A stretch of DNA of 54,917 bases. Origin: a virus. Taxonomy: Duplodnaviria; Caudoviricetes. The translations under genes were made by a program, and so were the position numbers. The DNA is taken from positions 1 to 54,917 of the IMG/VR virus record IMGVR_UViG_3300006752_000033; one strand, 5' to 3'. Under the pieces are notes generated by a model. The model ran no database searches. It worked only from the letters and a program-made list of their open reading frames with translations, and had not been told where the DNA came from. Below, piece after piece: positions 38,801 to 48,688 of the stretch (positions are counted from its first letter, which is position 1; each line of letters opens with the position of its first letter).

Positions 38801-39699
38801 GCTTCTGGACTACCCTTTGCAGTATAGAACGAATTGATATCTTTGATAACTCTTGATAACTTTGCGCTCTGTTTCAGAGGAAAGTCTTTAGCATAGTCTT
38901 TGAAAAATTCTATTAGGAAATTGTCATCGGTGATTGGACTACCATCATCGTTAAAGTCAACATCAAGTTTGCTAAGAAAATCTTGAAGTACCTTCAATGG
39001 TCCGTGATTGGTACTGTCCGATGTATTTGTTTGTTCTAAGAACTGATAGTATTTTTCAAAGAAAGTCTTAAAGAGCGGGAAGTCTACTTGCAAAACTTCT
39101 GGAAGTTGGTTTCCGACAAATGGAGAAATTTTTGGTTGAACGTAAACGTCACCAGCATTTAATTTTGATATTGTAGAACTTAATATTGCTGTCGTTCCAC
39201 CATTGATTTTTGTTATCTGAGCGGTGATCGGGTCTTCATCTATGTTTCCACCAATCAAATTCGGTTGGATTGTTATTGTGTCACCAACCGTATATGAAGA
39301 GTTTCCTCTGGAAGCAGTAACAAGACTTACTGAACCAAAGGAATCGATGGTGACATTGACAGTCATACCTTCGCCATCCGTTGAATCGGATTCTACTGGA
39401 ATACTGTCATGGTATCCAAAACCATATAAAGCAAGACCAGAAGTGATTCCATATTGTGAGGGAAACCCAACAATGTATGGTGTAGGTGGTGTAGTGTATC
39501 CGTCGCCCGATTCTGTTATAGTTACGGAAGATATGCTTCCAAAACTGTCAAGAGAAACCGTTCCCGTTGCTTGAACGAGATTTCCGTGGCCCCTATCTGG
39601 AGGAGGAATTACTAATCCAGGCGACCCAAAATAAAATTCGCCGGCAGAATCTATAGAAATAGATTCAATGAATTCTTTGAATGTAGAAACTTTATTCAT
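35836..39699 (-). CDS. Baseplate wedge initiator, gp7-like
   Basis: F..FFEKYYQFLE, FYTAKGSPEAIKYLFKALY, YQHFSYEI, HPIGF; follows gp6. Confidence 0.75.
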   Translation of the reverse strand: MNKVSTFKEFIESISIDSAGEFYFGSPGLVIPPPDRGHGNLVQATGTVSLDSFGSISSVTITESGDGYTTPPTPYIVGFPSQYGITSGLALYGFGYHDSIPVESDSTDGEGMTVNVTIDSFGSVSLVTASRGNSSYTVGDTITIQPNLIGGNIDEDPITAQITKINGGTTAILSSTISKLNAGDVYVQPKISPFVGNQLPEVLQVDFPLFKTFFEKYYQFLEQTNTSDSTNHGPLKVLQDFLSKLDVDFNDDGSPITDDNFLIEFFKDYAKDFPLKQSAKLSRVIKDINSFYTAKGSPEAIKYLFKALYNEDVGVVNSGQFILRPSSNQFTQDYVIKVFESESNPNNPLELEGRRIDLHYSVSEGASTQNLIKTTTVKRATKISYTNPQTFELVLDLPPSFTLVGPGVGQDGYDDQLFAYVCGNVGTITGTGTGGIFENPSSSVVDGTYTITESDYTSYLDVEYQNNVEYPKGTYVTANGKLYVTVNEGTTDSSGTGPTHESGEVLNGTSKFRFLSFDDHKTTSSTGAEFEVVIQGNSIDSVTVNSVGSNYVLGEIFEIPTTVFGGAGTPPVKFKVGTITSGKIDHVLITDGGTGFSANPGVTIKPNPADTILSDAAISTRITDGVVTSTSFISNARGIGYNNPPELKINVANLFSYITLEGEEELKAFPTRVLNGSTFNTISPSSSTTNGGFNIGDTFKVSETGSTLGQYAIDYFLEDYTISGATNNGYIKVTALSDNGYPSEFEVIAVGAGYYRADFKFDIVSDSDQTCTIDVTTGYNALLAGVFKDAGSFLSDANKVFDNRIYQHFSYEIESERPQAEWDGYVKRAAHPIGFGVFGNLQIKQDVDLSSNFVVETDVYMFFKYPEIEEILISDDDFAKDMHKPSISDSIFPGDGLSTRQNIGVVVNKFDVTQGKTDSFELSDEFGPYTLQGTEVQNVYATEDGTILGAPYFFVHGDREDDYIERFANGDYFLEDYVEQGNPFKDIEMVLDSTTTGGYATDYFLEDYALVLDADPERGTTLVFIDDAVSSLSVHIEVAGGVSPVDGLYATSDGTLTGDPYFLQNPDSADDYVRRVIPSGDEITLDDSSITVAFIFFRTSPTDFDEESVTIDDTAVPELNRVLAEDILFADAFDRFEITTEQSDTINIDDSTVFDVTRPVTDTYDVDDSTEFDVTTTAVDTMNMQDIPSVEAQPVTTDTFALADSLDKFDIGVGPSDTIAFGDGTSFEVATSPTETPNVNESTEFDITTGTTDTFGAADSGSLISQSYMEDLTYFAEDYVADSVINF

Positions 39700-41605
39700 C
39701 GGATACTCTTGGGATCATTGTTACTGATAGTCCCCGCCTAATATTAGCAACAACATCTTCAGAAGAATCATCCAACTGCAAAATAATATTCTTAGCAGGG
39801 AAAGCTTCAACCGCGTAATCTGCTTCTTCTGTTGACCTAACAAGAATATCAACCGATATATTTCTAGCAGATTCATGTGGAGTACAGATAATTCTCAATT
39901 CGTTGTTAGCAAGACCAGTAATGTTTTCAATGATGATACCAGTGATATCAATCTTTCCTGTATCATAATCTACTGTACCAACATCCTGCGCCAAAATCTC
40001 TCCTGTCGCCTTACTTTTGAGAACGAGTGTACCTGTACCACTGTATACTGGAGCAACAACGGTTGGATTGGGTACATCACCCAGAGACACTTCTGTCCTA
40101 GAACCATTTAGATTTACAGTAAAATAATTTGATCTTATTGCTAAAGGCATAATTTTGTTATTGAACGTTGCCTCATATCTAGTACTGGTTGAGTATGTGG
40201 GAGCAATCTTCTTAATAAGTCTCATCTCAACGTTAGTCGCAACAATAGAATCAGAAACCAATCCAATCTCTCTAGTCAGTTTGGAAAGATAGAAGTTCTT
40301 TTTTAACTGATTAACTTGAGCGTCAAAGAAATTTTCTATCCGAGCAACAATCAAAGATTTAAGTGCATCAGAAGACAACGTTGTAAGTTTATCATCGAAT
40401 GTGGCAGTAACTCCCAATCCCAACTGTACATATTCTGGGTCAACAAATTCTGGAAGTAGTCCAACCGGCATTCTTGGTTCTAGTACACCATTAAGAATAG
40501 TTTGTTTGTCTGCGTCACTGATTACATATCCTTGTTGTGGTTGCATTGAAATAAACACTTTGCCGTAAATGGCAGGAATGTTATCTTCCCCACCCCAGAC
40601 TGACACGGACTTGATATTTGGATTAGAGTTTTTAATTGTTGTTTCGTAATCCGTTTTTGTTATTGTCCTTCCCTTTGCAGCATTGAAACGAGGAGCGTTA
40701 AATCTTATACTGTCAGCAGTTTCCGCTTCAAATCCGCCGGCTGATGCATCAACTAAAGTACCATTGATTGTCTCGCCGGTTCCAGTGAGATTGGACGGGT
40801 AGTTAAATACTCTAGCACCGTTAGCAAGAGAACCGTTAGTAACTATATAATCTACGATTGCGATATTACCAGCTTCTAATTTTTTACCAAGAACACCATC
40901 ACCAAATAGAATTTGATAATACCCGTCTGTTCTTTCTTCAATATAAAAAACGCTTGAGGTTGATGTAACTTCTAATACATTAGATGCAACGGTAAATGTT
41001 TCCGTAGATTGATTTGAAATGGAATTCTGGACTCTAACCCTAATTGTAGTAGTGTCTACATTATCGTTTATCAGAACAACTGGTCCAGAAAAATTTAAAC
41101 TGTTAATAATTTCTGAAGTGGTGGTTCTTGTTCCTTCAACCAACCTGACATTTTCAAATCTAAATGCTGGCACATCATCTATCACCGATTTTGTTACGGT
41201 ATAATCTTCTGATGGAATAAAATTATAAGAAATGCCGTTGACGCTACTAGAAAAAAGTTTATCCTTTTGCAGAGTCAACGTAGAACTAGTGTACAAGGAT
41301 GAGGGGAATACGGTGATATTCATAACAGCGGCGGCCGCTCGAGCCGATCTGGGGGTATACCCCATAGTCTTAGCAATGGATACAACCGAGTTTCTTTTTA
41401 CAGCAGAATCAAGAAAGGCTTCGTTTGAAACCATGTGTGCAAGTACCGCATTGTAGTGCGTGTTATATGCAAGTAAGTCCACAAGAGTAGAAAGTCCAGA
41501 CGCTTCAAAATTGTAGTCTGAGAATTCATCCTGATTCTGCAAAAAGGTTCGTAGACTACTCCTAATTCTTTCGTAGTCTAATTCTGTGACATTCTTAACT
41601 GCCAT
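39692..41605 (-). CDS. gp6: Baseplate wedge subunit gp6
   Basis: ELDYERI, DYNFEASGL..L.DLLAYNTHY, FGDGVLG, VWGGEDN.P..YGKVFIS, GTVDYDTG. Confidence 0.95.
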   Translation of the reverse strand: MAVKNVTELDYERIRSSLRTFLQNQDEFSDYNFEASGLSTLVDLLAYNTHYNAVLAHMVSNEAFLDSAVKRNSVVSIAKTMGYTPRSARAAAAVMNITVFPSSLYTSSTLTLQKDKLFSSSVNGISYNFIPSEDYTVTKSVIDDVPAFRFENVRLVEGTRTTTSEIINSLNFSGPVVLINDNVDTTTIRVRVQNSISNQSTETFTVASNVLEVTSTSSVFYIEERTDGYYQILFGDGVLGKKLEAGNIAIVDYIVTNGSLANGARVFNYPSNLTGTGETINGTLVDASAGGFEAETADSIRFNAPRFNAAKGRTITKTDYETTIKNSNPNIKSVSVWGGEDNIPAIYGKVFISMQPQQGYVISDADKQTILNGVLEPRMPVGLLPEFVDPEYVQLGLGVTATFDDKLTTLSSDALKSLIVARIENFFDAQVNQLKKNFYLSKLTREIGLVSDSIVATNVEMRLIKKIAPTYSTSTRYEATFNNKIMPLAIRSNYFTVNLNGSRTEVSLGDVPNPTVVAPVYSGTGTLVLKSKATGEILAQDVGTVDYDTGKIDITGIIIENITGLANNELRIICTPHESARNISVDILVRSTEEADYAVEAFPAKNIILQLDDSSEDVVANIRRGLSVTMIPRVSDE

Positions 41606-41619
41606 CTTATTTTACCTTA

Positions 41620-41913
41620 TTATATTGTTACAGTTGTAGAAAGTGTTTTGGGCGCAGCAGGATCAATACCATCTCCGCATGATGCAGCAGAACTCTGTGT
41701 TGCGATTCTTAAACCGTTGATTAGGACTGTAGACGGACCCAAATTAGTATCTATTGTTATTGGCGCCGTGTGAGTGCCGTGTGGTGCTACAACGCTACCC
41801 TCAAGAATTGGTGTACTACCATTAATAGTAACGTTGCAAGGAATGGGAGTAATTGCACCATTCCCCTCGGTTGCGTTAAAAGTAAAGCCCGGAGAAATCC
41901 AAATAAATGCCAT
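41620..41913 (-). CDS. PAAR-like spike tip protein (gp5.4-like)
   Basis: NVTING, PHG.H, STVLING..IA....SCG; 97 aa. Confidence 0.7.
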   Translation of the reverse strand: MAFIWISPGFTFNATEGNGAITPIPCNVTINGSTPILEGSVVAPHGTHTAPITIDTNLGPSTVLINGLRIATQSSAASCGDGIDPAAPKTLSTTVTI

Positions 41914-42317
41914 TATCTCAACCTCTCCAAGACAGTTTCTAATGTTTGCACACCCTGTATACCAATAATAAAAAATGAAATAACTATATCATATTCCAGC
42001 GTGTCAAGATTCGGGTCACACAATATTGATTCGATACGCACTCTGGGTTCAAAGTTATCGATTGTAGTTTTTATCTCATCCTGCAATCTAGAAGAAGTCT
42101 CATTGCTAAAATTATCAAACAATAATGATCTTATGTTACTTCCGAATTCTGGGTTGAATGGTTTTTCATAATACTGTGTATTGAGTAACAATTTCAAAGC
42201 TTGTTTCACAGCAGAAACATCCACCTTCTTTGAGATGTCCAGTGTATTCGGATTTCTTGTAAAAGATATATCGATATCTTTATAAATCTTCGTCGGATTG
42301 TTTTGTGTTATAGGCAT
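41913..42317 (-). CDS. gp25: Baseplate wedge subunit gp25
   Basis: YKDIDISF, EKPFNPEFGS.I..LLF, NFEPRV, LERLR. Confidence 0.93.
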   Translation of the reverse strand: MPITQNNPTKIYKDIDISFTRNPNTLDISKKVDVSAVKQALKLLLNTQYYEKPFNPEFGSNIRSLLFDNFSNETSSRLQDEIKTTIDNFEPRVRIESILCDPNLDTLEYDIVISFFIIGIQGVQTLETVLERLR

Positions 42318-42322
42318 GATAC

Positions 42323-42330
42323 TATTTATA
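42323..42330 (-). promoter_or_regulatory. T4-type late promoter TATAAATA (gp25)
   Basis: Exact consensus 5 nt before the gp25 ATG, which would imply a near-leaderless mRNA. Confidence 0.7.
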
Positions 42331-42335
42331 CTCTT

Positions 42336-43271
42336 TTAGAGGTCACCGCAGGAACATTTGTCATCAGCTTCATCTTTGATTTTGTCATAATGTTCATGCG
42401 CCTCTAGACCACTGAAATCCAAGTCTTCTAAAGCATCTAATAATTTTGTAATCCAAGGAGAGGCGCCCTCTTCTAATATTTCTTTCAGAGGAATTGGGAA
42501 TCCAAGACCAAATTGTTCGCTGGTTACCTTGACGCCCCCCTTCTTGTCGGCCTCATATTTTGGGATCATATTGCAAAGTCGTTCAAAATCAGAACCGAGA
42601 GCTCTTATAAATCCAGATGGATTCGCAAGAATCTGGTCCAGACTAGGATCAAATCCGCCCCACTTCTTCTGCATTCTTTTAACTTCTTTTTGGAAATTAT
42701 AAGAATCCACTCCCAGTTTATACAGAGCTTTTAACTCATCTGTGAAAGAAGGTCCGCCGCCGACACTTGGCTCTCCTCCAGTGCCCTCACCTTCGCCTAC
42801 CCCCGCCCCCATGGCTTGAATCTCTTTGAACACATCTTCCGATTGAAAGTCTTTCTTGAGACCAGCTCTGAACAGTGCATAGTCAACGACCCACTTAACA
42901 ACAATTGCGGGAATACCCAAGAAGTTGGATATTTTATCGACTAACAAATCTACTAGTTCGTCAAATTGCTCAGAAAGTTCATCGATTTGATCTGATAACT
43001 CTTCAAAGAATTCACCAACCGCATTACATGGATTTTCCATCGCAGCGATTTCATCGATCTGTTTATCAATCGATTCGCTAGAGTATGGGTATGCAAGAGG
43101 ATCGTCTTCTGGCGGCCCGACGAGCTCCTTATCTACATCGGGCACCCCAACTTCAATTGGAACCCTAGGCTTTGCTGGTTTGATGCCAGACACCTTGTCC
43201 TTCGACGCAGAAGAATTTGGTGAGTCTTTCTTGCCAGGAAAAGGTGGAGTTGTTATAAAAATTCCTACCAT
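42336..43271 (-). CDS. Hypothetical protein between gp5 and gp25
   Basis: 311-aa ORF with an RBS, tightly packed in the operon; no family recognised. Confidence 0.7.
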   Translation of the reverse strand: MVGIFITTPPFPGKKDSPNSSASKDKVSGIKPAKPRVPIEVGVPDVDKELVGPPEDDPLAYPYSSESIDKQIDEIAAMENPCNAVGEFFEELSDQIDELSEQFDELVDLLVDKISNFLGIPAIVVKWVVDYALFRAGLKKDFQSEDVFKEIQAMGAGVGEGEGTGGEPSVGGGPSFTDELKALYKLGVDSYNFQKEVKRMQKKWGGFDPSLDQILANPSGFIRALGSDFERLCNMIPKYEADKKGGVKVTSEQFGLGFPIPLKEILEEGASPWITKLLDALEDLDFSGLEAHEHYDKIKDEADDKCSCGDL

Positions 43272-43282
43272 ATGACTATTCC

Positions 43283-45568
43283 TTAACCAATATTAATGAC
43301 ACTACCATTGATATCGGTCGCCCCTAGGCCACCCAATGTAGTTTGTGTGCCACCAGCGAATATTCCAGCACCTGTCGCGGTCACAGTAACCGCACCAACC
43401 GCAGTCATTGTTGCGGCCGCGCCGGCCTGAATAGCAACAGCTCCTGCCGCAGTATTTGTGATCGCCCCACCAGCAGTACTGGCAATCGCAGCAGCAGAGT
43501 TAAGCGCAACACCCGCCCCACCAGTGATAACATTTAATCCGACAACAGCAGTAGAAACAATTGCACCTACTGCGACAAGAGTATGATAACTACCACCAAG
43601 AACATTGTTGAAGATTCCGCCAGCGGCCACGGTACTGTTAATTCCTCCAGCAGTAACATAATTATTAATTCCACCAACAGTAAGTATCGTGTTGAATATT
43701 CCACCAGCAGCCAAAGTATTTGTCATAACACCGCCGAATACGTTGCTGTGAATACCACCCAACAGAACATTATTGGTAATTCCACCAGCAGTAACAAAGT
43801 TCTGAATGCCAGGCAGAATAGTAAAGAGTCCGGTATCAACACCTTGAATATTGTTGATTCCAACACTCACCTGTCTTGTTGCAAATCCTGGCTTTACAAT
43901 GATAGACGCAGCACCAGTAAACATGGAAGTAGGTCCAATCTTTTCATATAGGTCCATTGTTGCAGCCAAGTTATATCTCATAGTAACAATACTAACTGAT
44001 GGTAACGGATTTAGTGGATAGGCGATGTCTGGAACAGGACTTGTAGCAATAGAAACATCCTGTTGTGCAAAAAGTTCCAGTTTAGACTTTCTCTTTAATT
44101 CACGTTCACCCAGCTCTGCCTTTTCATCACTGGGTCCACCTTTTATTGTATCCCCAACAGCACTTGCACTCGTCTTCAGAATTTCTCTTAAATCATTTTC
44201 ATACTTTGGAAATACGTTTATTTTGTGGTTTCCAAATGTGATATCTTTTCTGTCAGATATAGCGATGTTCTTCATCTTACCTCTGACTCTAACATTTCTA
44301 TCACCAGTTATTCTTAAAGAATCATTTGATACCGTTGCTTGTTTTTCGTCCTGAGAACCAATCTGGACATTTCTGTTTCCCCTGATGTGAGTATGAGAAG
44401 TACTTTCAACGTCTAGTTCGTCGTTACCTTGGACCTTAGTGACTCTAGTTCCTCTTACAGTCTGGAAACAGTGACCACTAATATGTTCTACTTTACTACC
44501 CTTGACATTCAAGAAGTAGTCGCCATCAACGGTCATTGTATAATCACCCTTGATGTATATCAATTTGTTTTTTAGATCGATTTCAAAATCATCACCCACA
44601 ACCTTCGTGACTTTATCACCAGTTGGTTGAACCTCATAAAAAGTTCCGGTGCGGTGATACTCATGAATTCTTTCTGCGCCCAACGTATCGTCAACTTCAA
44701 ATACATGACCAGATTCAGTTTCCGTAACATGGTTGAATGGATACTTTGACTTTGATTTTTCTGCTTCGGCGGTAAAATCAGGAGGAGTTTGCTGAGGATG
44801 TGGTTCGTTCCAGAATCGAATTCCAAAATCTACGTCTTTGATTTCAATAGATTCACCGAATTCCGGTCCAGCTGGATGAGTAAACCCCTTCGGTTTTGTG
44901 CCGCCACTAACAAGGTTGGGCATAGCAATTGGTATATCCGTGATTCGACTCTCTCTCTTACCCTTTAGAGAGTAGTGTTCTTCAACGTGAGGTTGTTCGC
45001 CTGGGACACCCCTAGAAAGTCGGGAAGAATCCGCTTCCTGCAAGATGTTCTCACCAACATCATCGCCATCATCACTGTACTCTGGGTTTTCTCTGGGTCT
45101 ACCGCTCGAGTGAGTGACACCATCTGCTGGTTCTGGTTTCTGTTTGTTTGTAACCTTTCTCTTTGGATATCGATAGTGTGGGTGTGTACCTTTTGGATCA
45201 TAGAATCCTACGAGACTTCTGTCGATAGGTAATACCGCACCAGTTTCGTCTTCTCTTGGCAAGTGTGAGGTAACACCAAACGATCCCATGATAACAGGAA
45301 TCTGGCCTTCATGTCCATCTGCAAAAAATCCCATAACAGAAGAACCCTCAACCAATCCTGTCGGTGAAGTTCCAATGCCAGAAATAGCGGCAGAAGAAAT
45401 TGGTTGCATGGGAATAGACCAAGGAAGATGTGCAGTAGGCAACTTCTCTTTGTTCTGAGTGTGGTATCCCAAAATGCGGACACGATATCTTCCCATCAGA
45501 GCAGGGTCATCCCTGTCCTCTACAACACCCTGCCACCACGAAAATTCTGGATATCTACCTTGTTTCAT
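43283..45568 (-). CDS. gp5: Baseplate central spike gp5 (no lysozyme domain evident)
   Basis: OB-fold GVVEDRDDP..GR.RVRILGYH, YPFNHVTETESGH..E.DDT...ERI..YHRTGT, beta-helix repeats. Confidence 0.92.
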   Translation of the reverse strand: MKQGRYPEFSWWQGVVEDRDDPALMGRYRVRILGYHTQNKEKLPTAHLPWSIPMQPISSAAISGIGTSPTGLVEGSSVMGFFADGHEGQIPVIMGSFGVTSHLPREDETGAVLPIDRSLVGFYDPKGTHPHYRYPKRKVTNKQKPEPADGVTHSSGRPRENPEYSDDGDDVGENILQEADSSRLSRGVPGEQPHVEEHYSLKGKRESRITDIPIAMPNLVSGGTKPKGFTHPAGPEFGESIEIKDVDFGIRFWNEPHPQQTPPDFTAEAEKSKSKYPFNHVTETESGHVFEVDDTLGAERIHEYHRTGTFYEVQPTGDKVTKVVGDDFEIDLKNKLIYIKGDYTMTVDGDYFLNVKGSKVEHISGHCFQTVRGTRVTKVQGNDELDVESTSHTHIRGNRNVQIGSQDEKQATVSNDSLRITGDRNVRVRGKMKNIAISDRKDITFGNHKINVFPKYENDLREILKTSASAVGDTIKGGPSDEKAELGERELKRKSKLELFAQQDVSIATSPVPDIAYPLNPLPSVSIVTMRYNLAATMDLYEKIGPTSMFTGAASIIVKPGFATRQVSVGINNIQGVDTGLFTILPGIQNFVTAGGITNNVLLGGIHSNVFGGVMTNTLAAGGIFNTILTVGGINNYVTAGGINSTVAAGGIFNNVLGGSYHTLVAVGAIVSTAVVGLNVITGGAGVALNSAAAIASTAGGAITNTAAGAVAIQAGAAATMTAVGAVTVTATGAGIFAGGTQTTLGGLGATDINGSVINIG

Positions 45569-45570
45569 TA

Positions 45571-46974
45571 TTAAGGTTCCTCATGCGAGTCTCTAATACA
45601 CTCTAGTTTCATACGGTGGTCAAACTCATCACCAAACTTAAATTCGTGTCTGATACCAACGATCTGATATAAACCAGAAGTCTTTTTGTCTTCTACTTGG
45701 GCGCCCTCATTTGCTACCCCCATACCCTTTGGACCTACATCTGGGAATCTCAAATAAACTAACTGTCCCAAATCAACATCTGTCCTGCCGTTCACCGAGA
45801 TGCTTATTTGATTTCTGACAATCTCTTGCATACCAGTATCTCTATAAACGGTATCTTGGAAAAACTTTTTTTCGTATCCAAATTCTTTGTCGTCCCAGAG
45901 ATTATGATTGCCAAGTTTCATTCTGATGTTTGAGTAGGGATGGAATTTTACTTGATCGTGAATCGGGTTGATCCCACCATCGGCGAGGTGGTGGAAACTG
46001 CCAAACTTCTCTTTGATAAGAGCCTTGTTTCCTGCAACCGGAGGCAAGCCAGGAACACCCGCCTGATTCGGCGTGTAATCAAACATCATGTGATAAGGCA
46101 GTCTCTTCATCATGTCGAAACCAATACCAAGCGTTCCCATGAAACCGTTGTTCAAGTCGCCGATTACGTTACTATAAACTGGTGCTGACAGACCCTGCAT
46201 TACATTAAAACTTGGGTGAATAAACGGGTGTATATAACTATACCCAGATGGTCTATTATTACCTGATTCCGAATCTAAGTTTGGAACGTATTCAAAATAA
46301 TCATACAAAAGTCTTGAAGACTTGTAAACATGTCTCATTCGTGACAGACTAGTACAGTAGTTTTTCTTGTCACTTTGAAAGAATAAAACGTTCAACATAT
46401 AGGGAAGATTGGGTGCGTTCTGTTTGCAGGCGTAGTTCATCGCCCTAAACCCAGACCAGTAGTTTGCAGTCATAACAAACTCTGGTTTCTTAAATGTCAC
46501 CCCAAAGAAATCCAACCCCTTGCCAATACTTACAAACTCATCATAAATTTGTTGTAAGACCGCCTGTGGTTCGCCATCAAATCTTTTTGTGGCAACCCTA
46601 CTAGCATCATTATATCCTTCTTCTGATATGCACTTTAGAACGTAGAATTGTTCCCTGTCTTCTTTAGTTGACCTATTTTCAATTCCGGCGACGATGAATT
46701 CAAAAGTTAGAGGATCACCCCTGTTTGGATAATCGGACTGAAAACTTATCTTTACCTTTTCATTTGCACCACCACCTCTAAGTTGCAATTCTTTAATGAG
46801 GTTTTTTGAATCACCGATTGAAACGTCAGCAAAAATACAATTCGACAAAACGTTCTCATAGATGATTACTTCCAGAGCAAAAAACTTTAAGTCCTGCGTC
46901 CCACCAGAAGCAGACAGGGTAATTGTATTGGGTTTAAATCGGCCGGGTGTTTGACGGATTTCTTCTTTAGCCAT
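45571..46974 (-). CDS. Baseplate hub protein, gp27-like
   Basis: Position between gp53 and gp5; IYENV, C-terminal SGLYQIVGIRHEF...LECIRDS. Confidence 0.6.
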   Translation of the reverse strand: MAKEEIRQTPGRFKPNTITLSASGGTQDLKFFALEVIIYENVLSNCIFADVSIGDSKNLIKELQLRGGGANEKVKISFQSDYPNRGDPLTFEFIVAGIENRSTKEDREQFYVLKCISEEGYNDASRVATKRFDGEPQAVLQQIYDEFVSIGKGLDFFGVTFKKPEFVMTANYWSGFRAMNYACKQNAPNLPYMLNVLFFQSDKKNYCTSLSRMRHVYKSSRLLYDYFEYVPNLDSESGNNRPSGYSYIHPFIHPSFNVMQGLSAPVYSNVIGDLNNGFMGTLGIGFDMMKRLPYHMMFDYTPNQAGVPGLPPVAGNKALIKEKFGSFHHLADGGINPIHDQVKFHPYSNIRMKLGNHNLWDDKEFGYEKKFFQDTVYRDTGMQEIVRNQISISVNGRTDVDLGQLVYLRFPDVGPKGMGVANEGAQVEDKKTSGLYQIVGIRHEFKFGDEFDHRMKLECIRDSHEEP

Positions 46975-46977
46975 TAT

Positions 46978-47484
46978 TTAGTTTCTCAAAAGGTTTTCAA
47001 ATTGTCTTGCGAATTTTTCTATTAAGTCTTTTTTTATGAGTTTTACTAATCTCTTTTTTTCGTTTTCGGCAACTTCATACTCATAGTTTGTCACAGGAAT
47101 AATCATGTTGCCTTCGCCGCTATGTTGGTCAAAGTCTACCCGCACATCGGTATCCGCAAAAACGTAGTGATGTGGGACTCTTAGCATTTCCGCACTACCA
47201 TATTTATCTATGGCATAAGAGTACAAATCGTCAGAAGACTTTAGCCATTCATGGTATGGGTTAATAATGTTATTCGCCAACAATATTGTCCAATAGTATC
47301 TTGTGAATCCATAATAGTCATATGAAAGTGACTCAGGAGTTTGTCCATCCCTGAGTGCATAAGTTTCCAGAGATAGGGATTCACTAAGCTTGTCGTTTGG
47401 GGCAACTCTGAGAAAGATATCATCTACACTAAAAGATGAATTATCAATAACATAGTCGGTCAGAGGAAATTTGTCAAAAAACAT
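46978..47484 (-). CDS. gp53: Baseplate wedge subunit gp53
   Basis: MFFDKFP, GQTPESLS..YYG...YYWTILLANNIINPY.EW, TNYEYE..NE.KR. Confidence 0.92.
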   Translation of the reverse strand: MFFDKFPLTDYVIDNSSFSVDDIFLRVAPNDKLSESLSLETYALRDGQTPESLSYDYYGFTRYYWTILLANNIINPYHEWLKSSDDLYSYAIDKYGSAEMLRVPHHYVFADTDVRVDFDQHSGEGNMIIPVTNYEYEVAENEKKRLVKLIKKDLIEKFARQFENLLRN

Positions 47485-47494
47485 TTTTTATTCC

Positions 47495-48646
47495 TTAATC
47501 AATATGACTTCTGTCTCTCGTAAAGACTTCTTTGAACGAGAGAGTTATAGTGATTTCTGTTGGAGTACCTTGTGAATTAGCAAAACTGGTCATGAATCCG
47601 CCGTGACCATATTGCACGTTCATGTCGGTCAAAATACAAGAGTTTACGGTTGGCAAAAACTTATTTTTCCCCCCACCATACATAAATTCTACTTTAAATT
47701 CTGATGGATAGATCAAAAACACAGGAGTTTTTTCTGGGTGCATGTGTCTTTCCAATTCCCTAATAGCGTTTTGTACCTGAGAGGCTTCCGCAGCACTAGA
47801 TGGAGCAATTTTAAACTGCATGGGAAATGTTCTGAAGTTCATGGTTTTAAACAACTGTTCCCTAAAGGGGTTTTCCACTTTTCTAGTAGCAGCGGAAATC
47901 ATATCCGGTGCCGTGCCACCCAGAGCTAATTGTTTAACAGTAGTGGCCAATCCAGCAGCCCTCCTTATCGCGGCTTCTGTCATTTCCCCCAAACCGTCCT
48001 TGGAAATCTGTTCTAGGGTATCCAGCATCGTGTTACCTTTTCTATAACTTTCCAACGCGGCGCCCAAGAGACCAAAGTCGGTTCCATCCCACTGTGCAGA
48101 CATTCTGTTTTCTGGGGAGTTTGTCAAGATAAATTCCATAGTCCCCAGAGTTCTACCTGTACCAGAGGGGATTGCCGAACCAGCTGCAGAAGGACCATTG
48201 CCGGCTCCACCATCAGACAGATTAACTCCATTGCCTGCGCCGCCACCGCCTCCTCCGCCGCCGCCAGATTCAGCTGAAGAAGAAGCATTACTGTTGCCGC
48301 CAAGTTGATTACTGGCACCACTGGCATTACTCTTGGCCGCTTTGCTGGAAGAAGCCGAGTCACCACCACCCCCTCCTCCGCCGCCACCAATGGCAGTTAT
48401 CCTGACGGTATGCATCGTGTCGCTGCCACCAGATCCTGTCCCTGCTCCACCACCGCCGCCAATTGTTGAGTCCCTGCCGGTGAGGGCTCGACTTGCCGCC
48501 CCTTTCTGGGCATCTGTGATATTTTTAGCAGTATCCATCGGAAACTTATAAAAAAAGGGTTTTTTCAATCTAGGCGGAACCGTCACAAAGTCAAGGTCGC
48601 CAGTATTATAATTTCGTTGAGTAACTCCAGGCGTAGTGTCTGGCAT
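47495..48646 (-). CDS. gp48: Baseplate tail-tube cap gp48 with a Gly/Ser-rich insertion
   Basis: NPFREQLFKTMNFRTF, YPSEFKVEF, CILTDMNVQY, ITLSFKE. Confidence 0.82.
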   Translation of the reverse strand: MPDTTPGVTQRNYNTGDLDFVTVPPRLKKPFFYKFPMDTAKNITDAQKGAASRALTGRDSTIGGGGGAGTGSGGSDTMHTVRITAIGGGGGGGGGDSASSSKAAKSNASGASNQLGGNSNASSSAESGGGGGGGGGAGNGVNLSDGGAGNGPSAAGSAIPSGTGRTLGTMEFILTNSPENRMSAQWDGTDFGLLGAALESYRKGNTMLDTLEQISKDGLGEMTEAAIRRAAGLATTVKQLALGGTAPDMISAATRKVENPFREQLFKTMNFRTFPMQFKIAPSSAAEASQVQNAIRELERHMHPEKTPVFLIYPSEFKVEFMYGGGKNKFLPTVNSCILTDMNVQYGHGGFMTSFANSQGTPTEITITLSFKEVFTRDRSHID

Positions 48647-48680
48647 AACATGTACCTAAATAGTTTAGTTATTATTGGAC

Positions 48681-48688
48681 TATTTATA
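48681..48688 (-). promoter_or_regulatory. T4-type late promoter TATAAATA (gp48 operon)
   Basis: Exact consensus in the divergent gp48/gp4 gap. Confidence 0.8.
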
